Shown here piece after piece: positions 17,815 to 25,766 of a DNA stretch of 64,000 nucleotides; within the stretch, counting starts at the first letter, position 1, and each line of letters begins with the position of its first letter. The notes below the pieces were generated by a model that saw only the letters and a program-made list of their open reading frames with translations, had not been told where the DNA came from and did not search any database. The DNA comes from a virus (Duplodnaviria; Heunggongvirae; Uroviricota; Caudoviricetes), in the IMG/VR virus record IMGVR_UViG_3300006226_000014, positions 24,804 through 88,803 of that record, one strand, 5' to 3'. Made by a program: the position numbers and the translations under genes.

Positions 17815-20800
17815 TTATTTATCCGTCCATGAAGTATTATTTTTAATTAGTTTTTCTGCAATTCCTCTAACATCTTTTGCTATTGTCTCTAATGGATCTT
17901 CTTTATTTTCACCCATTGATGATGATTCTTGAGAATCGCCTTTTTTGAAAAAACCGCTAATTTTACCCAATACACTACTAATAGCTGATGGAGTAGAGTT
18001 ACCAATTTGTCCTAAAGATTTTAATGTATCTTTATTATCTTTAGTTAATTTAGATAATTCGCTATTTAATTCACCAACTGCTCTTCTAACTTCTGTTAAT
18101 TTTGAAATTGGCTTTTCTAATTGTAACAATGGAGCAACTATGCATTCTTCTATATTTAATTTTATATTTTCAAACTCAGATGCCTTATTAGCAATAGTGG
18201 CTAAATTATCTATCAAAGGAATCATTTCACCAGTTGATTTAGTTGCTGCTTTAACTTTAGAAGAAGAGTCACCCAAACCAAAGAAACCACTACTAAAACC
18301 ATTAGCAAAATTTTGTAAGTCTGTGATAAAAGAAGCTATCATTTTAATATTAGAAATACCTAAATCAATGTTCTCTATATTGACTACTTTAAGAATTGTA
18401 TCTGTTATCTGATCTATTGCTTCTGTTAGTGGTACTAAAGCTTGAGTTGCTCTTAATTGACTTTTACTTATTTCTGGCATAGATTCAAATACTTTTAGTA
18501 TTGAAAAGTCACTAGGATTAGGACCAACACCAAAAAACTTATTAAGAATTTCTCCTAAGCTTTCTTGAGCAGATTCTAATAATGCTTGACCTTCTGGATT
18601 ATCTCTACTAAATTTAGCTAATTTAATGATAGTATCAACAATAAGAGCAATTGCTTCAGTAATAGCTCCAATACCAATTTTGAATTTAGCTAAGGCAAAT
18701 ATTGAAGCACCTTCAGTTTTTTCTGATGCATCTTTAATGATACTTGCTAATAAGCTAACAGCTTGAAATACGCCTGAAGGATCAGGAGCGTCGTCTTGAT
18801 ATTCTTTCAATTTCTTAATTGCAGCATATGCTCCCGCAATAGATGCAAATATTGTCAACATCATTACAGAAGCAATTAAAATAGGTGCACCAACAATCAT
18901 TACTTTTAATGCTGCTGCTGCTAATTTTAATGATACTATTCCAAAAAGTGCTAAAATATTATCTCGTATATTATTATAGTCTTCTTTTCCTAATGGCATT
19001 TTATGTATTGCTAAAGCCAATGCAATGGTTAAAGTAAGTGCCACAAATATAACAAGTAATAACACAGCAGCAATAAGTAACGGCACAGCAATTAGAATAA
19101 CACCTAAAGAAGCTAATCCTAATGGAAGTAATGCTAAGAAAAATGCAGTTAACTTTAATGGTAATAATAAAATGCCGGGCCCTTTCATCATCTCTACTAT
19201 AGCTAAAGCTAGTGCAATAGTTATTGTTAATAATAAAAATGAAATAAATAGTAAAATAGAAGAAATAGCTAATAAGAGTACGGCCGGCAACGCATATAAT
19301 AAAATTGGAGTTAACGCGATTAGTCCTAAGAAAAATAATGCTATTATGCCAAATGCTCCAATTAGGCCTTTCGGCATACCTTTAAATTCCATTGACATTA
19401 ATCGTAAAATTGATTTAGCAACAAACTCTAAGAAAATTACGGCCAAGAATAAGAATACTAATCCAATAAGTAATAAAATAGAGGCTACTGCTAAGAACAA
19501 TGCAGCAATCATACCAATTAGAAATACAAAGATATGAGACATGAGCATTAAAAAGAATTCACAAATAATTCCTAATTTTTCATTCACATCACTCATATCT
19601 GGAAATTTTTCTAAAAGTTTGAATACTACAAAAAGAGCTAATACAGCAACTAATAACAATATCGCAGCGGCGGTGATTCCAGCAATAGCAATAGATACTA
19701 TATAACCTAAAATACCTAAAATTGCAAATGCAACAAGTAATATTGCTATCCCAACTACTATCTGTAATGTTTTCTTAATAAGATTAGTCGTAATAGTTAA
19801 ACCAATAACAAATAATGTTAAAGCAAACAATAACATAGTTTTTGCTATCATTAAAGTTGTGGTTGTAAATAGTGCTAATGGAACTTTTAATGCTCCAGCA
19901 ATCAATCCTACAAGGGCAACTAAAAGCAAGAATATTATAACTCCGAGTAAGCCAAAAATAGCTGGGATAATAAAGATCAAAATTAAAGCAGCAAATCCTA
20001 AAGCTACAACCATTGAACTAAAAAGCTTTTTCAACTCATTAGCAACAAGGGTTACTTTAACTACTTGTTCCACCTGTATTTTTTCGGCTACTTTTATTAA
20101 AAGAATAGTTAAATAAAGAAAACCAATTGCTAAAAAGACACCCATAATAGCCATAAGGGCAATCATAGATAATATTGATGCAGACCATGCAGCTGCAACT
20201 AATGAACTCATAGCACTAGCAAATTCTTTAGTAAATGTTGAAAATTCTTTGGCTGTTTTAGCAAGTTCTTTCCAATCACAATCTTTATAGTTAATTAACT
20301 TTATGGCTTCATCTATAAATTTTTCACTCATTCGTAGTCCCATTATAGCTATTTTAGATAATGCTATTAAGACTACTCCTAATAATGATGCTTTTATTAT
20401 TGCAGAAAAAGCAATATTTATAGATTCAATAAAAATCTTAAATTTTTCTACTTGGCCATCTGGTAATTGTTGAACACTAAGAAATATGCTTTTAGCGACT
20501 TCAATAAACTCAGCCATTCTGTGAAGAGAAAAAATGCCTAATTGTATTTGAGCAATATTCATTCCTACAGCAGTTGCTGCAAATAGTGATATTGTTTCAG
20601 CTAACTTTTTCCACCCCTCATCTTCAAAATCAAGTTTTGGACCCTTAGCTGCTGGACCTTGAGCGGGCCCTTTGCTTTCTTTCTTCACTGTTGCAGTTTC
20701 TAAATTATCTACAATTATGCTAATAGCATCTTTTAGGTGATCTAATTGGAACCATAATGGAGAACTCTCTCCTAGAAATTCTTGAAATTTACCAATACTA

Positions 20801-21261
20801 GTTGCAGAACCTTTAACCAACTCTTCTAACTGCGCACTTATTATAGAATCTTTTCCAAAAATTTGTTGTAACTGTGCCCCTAAAAATAATGGTCCAGCTG
20901 CGATATGAGCAGGAAACTTAGATAAATCGCTTGCTTCAAATTTTTGTTGACCAACTTTCTTAGCATCTGATGTTAAAGATTCATCATTAGCGCTCTGAAT
21001 TTCTTCATTTAGTTCTTGTAAAGATTTTATGCCCGCTGTAGTTTGAGATAAAAGATCATATATCTTTGTAATTATATCAGGTAATTGTGTTACTTCAGTT
21101 TTGAGAATCTCATCTTTTATCTGATGAAGGCCCTCAATTCCTTTAGCAATCGCGCCGGATGCGCCTAATCCTGTTTGATTAAGACCAGCGATAGCGGAGT
21201 TAATACTAGAAGTTTGACTATTGATAGCTCCTTCAAGAGCAGGATTTAGTCCATCAGCCAT
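17815..21261 (-). CDS. Tape-measure-like protein (1148 aa) with a central block of about 20 predicted transmembrane helices.
   Basis: N- and C-terminal coiled-coil, Q/A/S-rich regions. Residues about 390-760 are almost entirely hydrophobic helices. The ATG is preceded by ACTAATTACT. Confidence 0.5.
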   Translation of the reverse strand: MADGLNPALEGAINSQTSSINSAIAGLNQTGLGASGAIAKGIEGLHQIKDEILKTEVTQLPDIITKIYDLLSQTTAGIKSLQELNEEIQSANDESLTSDAKKVGQQKFEASDLSKFPAHIAAGPLFLGAQLQQIFGKDSIISAQLEELVKGSATSIGKFQEFLGESSPLWFQLDHLKDAISIIVDNLETATVKKESKGPAQGPAAKGPKLDFEDEGWKKLAETISLFAATAVGMNIAQIQLGIFSLHRMAEFIEVAKSIFLSVQQLPDGQVEKFKIFIESINIAFSAIIKASLLGVVLIALSKIAIMGLRMSEKFIDEAIKLINYKDCDWKELAKTAKEFSTFTKEFASAMSSLVAAAWSASILSMIALMAIMGVFLAIGFLYLTILLIKVAEKIQVEQVVKVTLVANELKKLFSSMVVALGFAALILIFIIPAIFGLLGVIIFLLLVALVGLIAGALKVPLALFTTTTLMIAKTMLLFALTLFVIGLTITTNLIKKTLQIVVGIAILLVAFAILGILGYIVSIAIAGITAAAILLLVAVLALFVVFKLLEKFPDMSDVNEKLGIICEFFLMLMSHIFVFLIGMIAALFLAVASILLLIGLVFLFLAVIFLEFVAKSILRLMSMEFKGMPKGLIGAFGIIALFFLGLIALTPILLYALPAVLLLAISSILLFISFLLLTITIALALAIVEMMKGPGILLLPLKLTAFFLALLPLGLASLGVILIAVPLLIAAVLLLVIFVALTLTIALALAIHKMPLGKEDYNNIRDNILALFGIVSLKLAAAALKVMIVGAPILIASVMMLTIFASIAGAYAAIKKLKEYQDDAPDPSGVFQAVSLLASIIKDASEKTEGASIFALAKFKIGIGAITEAIALIVDTIIKLAKFSRDNPEGQALLESAQESLGEILNKFFGVGPNPSDFSILKVFESMPEISKSQLRATQALVPLTEAIDQITDTILKVVNIENIDLGISNIKMIASFITDLQNFANGFSSGFFGLGDSSSKVKAATKSTGEMIPLIDNLATIANKASEFENIKLNIEECIVAPLLQLEKPISKLTEVRRAVGELNSELSKLTKDNKDTLKSLGQIGNSTPSAISSVLGKISGFFKKGDSQESSSMGENKEDPLETIAKDVRGIAEKLIKNNTSWTDK

Positions 21262-21276
21262 AGTAATTAGTAGAGT

Positions 21277-21663
21277 TTATCTAACTGTGGATTGTAAGAG
21301 GGCTTCGTAATCTATGGTTTCGTCAAAGCAAAGAACCTGATGGGTAACTATTCGATACCACCAATAATAGTGTTCTTCTATAGATATTGGCTTTCCATTA
21401 AGAGGAGACAGATAGTTGTCCATTCTTTGATGTATGAACCGTCGAAGAGTTACAACATTCTTAGGTTGATACAACAGTTCTGGGTGAGCAGACACAGCAA
21501 ATACGTGTGCTCTGTCTTTTATCTTAGGATTACCATCTATGAATTGATAGAACTCTTTAGCTGAAAGACATCTATCAAATTGACAAGCCCGTTTGTCGCG
21601 CTTATCTACGATTGCTTTACACTGGACCCACTTGGGATCATCTGACGATCTATTAGCCACCAT
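21277..21663 (-). CDS. Hypothetical protein (128 aa).
   Basis: Track ORF; ATG preceded by ACTAATTA. Confidence 0.5.
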   Translation of the reverse strand: MVANRSSDDPKWVQCKAIVDKRDKRACQFDRCLSAKEFYQFIDGNPKIKDRAHVFAVSAHPELLYQPKNVVTLRRFIHQRMDNYLSPLNGKPISIEEHYYWWYRIVTHQVLCFDETIDYEALLQSTVR

Positions 21664-21674
21664 TAATTAGTAGA

Positions 21675-22769
21675 TTAACTTACTATGATATCCTCTATTG
21701 TATCTATGTAATCTAACTTTCCTGTAATATTAAGATTCTTTTGATTCCAAGCAAACTCGTTGTTAAAAGTAAACCATACATCTTTATAAGCAGCATATGC
21801 ACCTCCTAATCTAGCTAATGGCTTCTCTAAGATAGGAACATTTGAATCTTGCCAATAACACCAGTCTATAATGCGCCATTCATTATCAGAGGCTAGGTAG
21901 ATACAATAAGCATGTCCACCACAAGAAGTTCCATCACACCTATAATTAAGAGGAGAATGCTTATCAGTATCATATATAAGACTTTTATTTGATCCATTGC
22001 AAACATATCCTGCAGCCACTTTGACTTTATAATTTGGAATACCAGCATTTATGGCAAGAGAAGCAATAAGAATAGCGCCATCTTCACAGTCACCATATCC
22101 AGAACCAGCTGTTTCAAATGGGAAAAGCCAATACTCTGATGAATCATATTTTTGCATATCGTAAGTATAAGTTAAGACTTTTGCCGGTCGTTGTCTTTCT
22201 TCGAGTTGAGTTTTACTTTCAACCTTATGAATTTTATAATCTCCTTGAGTAAAGAAATCATCCATTTTACCATTACAAACAAATTGTTGAATAGCTAACA
22301 TTGTTTTGTCATCTGTTTCTTTCTTTAATTTGTATTTATCTATAATGTATTTCATAACTACGTCATTATCTAAAATGAAGGCTTTAACATCTACTGCTAA
22401 TTGAAAATAATGAAAATATGATATAGTCGGATTACGATCCTGTTTTAAAATACGACCAAAATATGCAATATCTGCTTTCGGCCATTTATTATCCCAATAC
22501 TGTTTTCTTATTTGTTCATCTGTTAATGGCGGATCAGCAAAAATAGTTATGATCTTTTCAACTTCGACTAACTTCTCTTTGATAACTTCAACTTCTTTGA
22601 TAACTTCCTGAATGACCACTTCTTTATGTTCTACTGGAACTTCTCTAATAATTTCAACAACTTTTTCTTCTATAACTGGAACTTCTTTAACCTTTTCTAC
22701 AACTGTTTCTTTAACAATAGTTTCTTCTTCCCAACCTAATTTTCTTAATAACCATAATAAAAATTTCAT
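21675..22769 (-). CDS. Transglutaminase-like (papain-fold) cysteine peptidase with an N-terminal signal or anchor and E/K-V repeats.
   Basis: GYGDCEDGAILIASL (Cys) ... GGHAYC (His) ... DNEWRIIDW (Asp). N-terminus MKFLLWLLRKLGW followed by (E/K)V(P)V repeats. SD GGAGAG. Confidence 0.5.
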   Translation of the reverse strand: MKFLLWLLRKLGWEEETIVKETVVEKVKEVPVIEEKVVEIIREVPVEHKEVVIQEVIKEVEVIKEKLVEVEKIITIFADPPLTDEQIRKQYWDNKWPKADIAYFGRILKQDRNPTISYFHYFQLAVDVKAFILDNDVVMKYIIDKYKLKKETDDKTMLAIQQFVCNGKMDDFFTQGDYKIHKVESKTQLEERQRPAKVLTYTYDMQKYDSSEYWLFPFETAGSGYGDCEDGAILIASLAINAGIPNYKVKVAAGYVCNGSNKSLIYDTDKHSPLNYRCDGTSCGGHAYCIYLASDNEWRIIDWCYWQDSNVPILEKPLARLGGAYAAYKDVWFTFNNEFAWNQKNLNITGKLDYIDTIEDIIVS

Positions 22770-22810
22770 CTTAATCTCTCCTGATAATTAGTTTTAGAGA
22801 ACTAACTAAT

Positions 22811-23299
22811 ATGATACTGTTTGAAAGAGTGTACGCTAAATCATTAGAAGGAAAAGGAGAATACAAACAACCTTTTCGAGATGTATTAAAGTTTGCTCAA
22901 AATTATTTCAAACGGAACTTTATAGATAAGACCTTTCAAACTAAAGAAGGACGAGATATCAAAATAACAGAAAGAGGATTTAATGAACTTTTCTTTTCGA
23001 TAGTAGAAGCTATGAGAGGAGGAGATAAGGGAGCTGCTGAAGTTTTTAAGTCTAGAGCTGATGATGAAGATTATTGGTATGATGTTCTTTCTATTGTGGT
23101 AGAATTAGATGACATAATTGCTGATATGGATTTTGAATATCAGAAGCCTAACTATAAGCAAAACAAAAAGCCAAATGTTCTGAAATATGTAACATTTTCT
23201 AGTGAGGTTGAATTAGATGGCGAATTACATAATGTTATGATTAGAATAGAAGTCCCACATGAGGGCAAACCAAGATACTACTTTCATTATATAGATTAA
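22811..23299 (+). CDS. Hypothetical protein (162 aa).
   Basis: Track ORF; ATG preceded by AACTAACTAAT with no SD. Confidence 0.5.
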   Translation: MILFERVYAKSLEGKGEYKQPFRDVLKFAQNYFKRNFIDKTFQTKEGRDIKITERGFNELFFSIVEAMRGGDKGAAEVFKSRADDEDYWYDVLSIVVELDDIIADMDFEYQKPNYKQNKKPNVLKYVTFSSEVELDGELHNVMIRIEVPHEGKPRYYFHYID

Positions 23300-23889
23300 T
23301 CTATATCCATCTGATACAAAAGCTCATCATACATTTCTTCTGTTAAAGATTCAGTTCCAGCAAACTGTTCAAATCGATCATAATCTAAATCTTTAACGCA
23401 TTGTCGTAATAGTGACGCGCTTGCCTGCTCTGTTGGATCATTACTACTTTCATCTCGTGCACCTGCAGATAAATTTTCTAATTTGTCAAACTCAAAGTAT
23501 TTAGGATTACTTTTATTACCATTATATTTCTGAATTCTTTCCCAGTCATCTTGTCTATCATCCCCACCGATTATATAAACTTCATTATATCCTTGTTCAT
23601 ATAATTCCGGCAATACATCATACATAGTCAAGGCGTCACTTTCTACAACTGTAACATATTGATCTACAGCGTCCCTAACAAATTGTAACTTTTTATCATA
23701 AGATAATGGGTTCTTGCATTTTTCTGATTTAAATTTTCCAGAATCTTTTCCATCATAAGAATGCGACAAATATAAAAGTGCCTGACCATTTAATTTGGTT
23801 GCTTTTTGTAACATAAATTTGGCCATTTTAACATGACCAATTGTAGGAGGATTTAATCTACCAAATGATAAAACTGCTATATTTTTCAT
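23296..23889 (-). CDS. Nucleotidyltransferase with an HxGH motif (NMNAT/NadD/CoaD-like).
   Basis: N-terminus AVLSFGRLNPPTIGH matches G-x-F-x-P-x-H-x-G-H of the class I aaRS-like nucleotidylyltransferases. Confidence 0.45.
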   Translation of the reverse strand: MKNIAVLSFGRLNPPTIGHVKMAKFMLQKATKLNGQALLYLSHSYDGKDSGKFKSEKCKNPLSYDKKLQFVRDAVDQYVTVVESDALTMYDVLPELYEQGYNEVYIIGGDDRQDDWERIQKYNGNKSNPKYFEFDKLENLSAGARDESSNDPTEQASASLLRQCVKDLDYDRFEQFAGTESLTEEMYDELLYQMDID

Positions 23890-24536
23890 TATTTTTCCTT
23901 ATAAGATCTTCTTTTGGGTTGTACCTTCTGATTACTATAATCATAATTTATATCATCATTAGTAGGTTCATATCCAGATTTTTTTCTCCATTCTAATTCT
24001 TGTTTTATATCTTTTTTATCATATTGATTAATTTGATTTTTTCTTCCTCCATATAAACTATTTTTTATTCCTTTTGTAATAAAATTTTCATTTTGATCAT
24101 TTAACATTCTTTGTAATTGCATAGTAGCATCATTAGGGAATAATGATTGTTGTCGTATTTGGGCCCTTTCATTGGTATTTCTATCTTTTAATGCATCCAT
24201 AGAATCTAAAAATTCAAAACTCTCCATTCCATTAGTATAATAAGTAACGTCTCCGTCAATATCAATTGTTTTATTTTTAATCATTTGTTTTATTTGATCA
24301 AGAGTGTATGGACCAGATTGTTGTCCATTAACTTTTAATTGATATTGTTTTTGTTCATTTTGTGATAATCCACTATTTTTTTGTTGAACAAAAGAAGTTG
24401 GTTGATTAGCATATGGATTATATTGAGTTATTGTTTGGCCAGTTCTTGTATTTTGTGGTACTTTTGGTAATTTTTTATTTCTATTAAAAAAACCCTCTCT
24501 TAATTGAGATTGATATATTTCTTCAAATGTTTTCAT
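23889..24536 (-). CDS. Q/N-rich hypothetical protein with an MKTFEEIY leader (215 aa).
   Basis: N-terminus MKTFEEIYQSQL. Confidence 0.5.
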   Translation of the reverse strand: MKTFEEIYQSQLREGFFNRNKKLPKVPQNTRTGQTITQYNPYANQPTSFVQQKNSGLSQNEQKQYQLKVNGQQSGPYTLDQIKQMIKNKTIDIDGDVTYYTNGMESFEFLDSMDALKDRNTNERAQIRQQSLFPNDATMQLQRMLNDQNENFITKGIKNSLYGGRKNQINQYDKKDIKQELEWRKKSGYEPTNDDINYDYSNQKVQPKRRSYKEK

Positions 24537-25393
24537 TATTTCTCCTTAAATAAAACTTTTATATGTGTTGATATATTTATGTCATAATCACATATTTCTT
24601 TTACATAATTTTTCATATATTGTAATGTAAAAGGCTCCCAATAAGTTACACTATATTTAGCATTACCAACTCTATGTAATTTTCTGAATAAGTCTTCTGT
24701 TTTCATATCAAAGTATCGTTCATTTACTTCTCTATCCCAATTATCCCAATAATTCCATTTAGATAATAAATGAATAAGTTCACCATGAGTATCTATTTTA
24801 CCATATATTTTTTCATAAGAGTCTATTCTTTCTTTTCCATTTTCTTGTAATTCTAAGTCTTCTTTTATTTCATTTAACTCATCTTCTAGTATCTTCTTAT
24901 TATAGTCTTTAGCTCTTATTGCCATGTCTCTAATTGAAATATAAGTAAAACCAGAGTTAAATAAATTAGACCAAAATTCTTGTACTTCTTCATCGCTACC
25001 ATAAGAATAAACTTCATGAATTAAAGAATTAGCTGTAATAACTGATGTACCTCTAAATGATCTAATCTTTTCTTTTATCTTATTAAAATCAGTTGTAAAT
25101 GTTACATTACTTTCTTTTACATTTGACTTAGCTCTAGTAATCATATCATCTGATAAGTCATAACCAATATATTCAGCATTTTTTTGAAATGGTAATACAG
25201 CTTTAATAAGTGAGCCTTCTGCACAACCATAATCAACTAATAGATCAAAATCAGATATATGATTTAAGAAAAATATTTTATCATGTATTACTTTATTCAT
25301 ACTAGAATTATATTTTTCTAATTGTTCAGGAGTCATTTTATGATTATCTAAAGCAAATTCTTTTAATCTATATATCTGTTCAAATGTTTTCAT
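24536..25393 (-). CDS. Class I SAM-dependent methyltransferase-fold protein with an MKTFEQIY leader (285 aa).
   Basis: Motif I DLLVDYGCAEGSL; motif II EYIGYDLSDD. Confidence 0.5.
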   Translation of the reverse strand: MKTFEQIYRLKEFALDNHKMTPEQLEKYNSSMNKVIHDKIFFLNHISDFDLLVDYGCAEGSLIKAVLPFQKNAEYIGYDLSDDMITRAKSNVKESNVTFTTDFNKIKEKIRSFRGTSVITANSLIHEVYSYGSDEEVQEFWSNLFNSGFTYISIRDMAIRAKDYNKKILEDELNEIKEDLELQENGKERIDSYEKIYGKIDTHGELIHLLSKWNYWDNWDREVNERYFDMKTEDLFRKLHRVGNAKYSVTYWEPFTLQYMKNYVKEICDYDINISTHIKVLFKEK

Positions 25394-25766
25394 TAACTCC
25401 TCTAAAAAGACTAGTATATTTCATAGTTACGGCACCAAAAAAGTTTTTGCAAAATAGTGCTGCTTTATTTGGATCAAATGATTTACAAGAAAAAATATCT
25501 ATATAAGCTGAGTTATCTTTTTCAGCAAAATGGCCGCTTATTAAAGATGTTTCTATAAGCTGAGCAATAGAATAACCAGTTACATCTGGATTATCTCCAA
25601 AACGAACTATAATTGGATCGCTAAAAGCTTTCATATTTATTTCTTTAACTATAGCAATGAGAAATTCTTCCATCTTTTCTTTACTTCGTATTATATCTGG
25701 ATTACAATTTTGTAAATCAATAGATGTAGATATTCCCCAACAATCTTTATTTTCATATGTTTTCAT
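25380..25766 (-). CDS. S-adenosylmethionine decarboxylase-fold protein (SpeH/class 1 AdoMetDC-like); the catalytic motif is divergent.
   Basis: CWGISTSIDLQNCN ... TGYSIAQLIETSLISGHFAEKDNSAYIDIFSCKSFDP aligns with B. subtilis SpeH [34 protein letters not shown]. It has ETS in place of ESH. Confidence 0.5.
   Translation of the reverse strand: MKTYENKDCWGISTSIDLQNCNPDIIRSKEKMEEFLIAIVKEINMKAFSDPIIVRFGDNPDVTGYSIAQLIETSLISGHFAEKDNSAYIDIFSCKSFDPNKAALFCKNFFGAVTMKYTSLFRGVNENI

Noticed and set aside
17945-20116. Plus-strand ORFs 17945..18412, 19025..19537 and 19859..20116.
   Set aside because: They are antisense to the 1148-aa tape-measure-like gene. The second and third have low-complexity N/K/I composition of the kind produced by translating the reverse complement of a hydrophobic-helix block.
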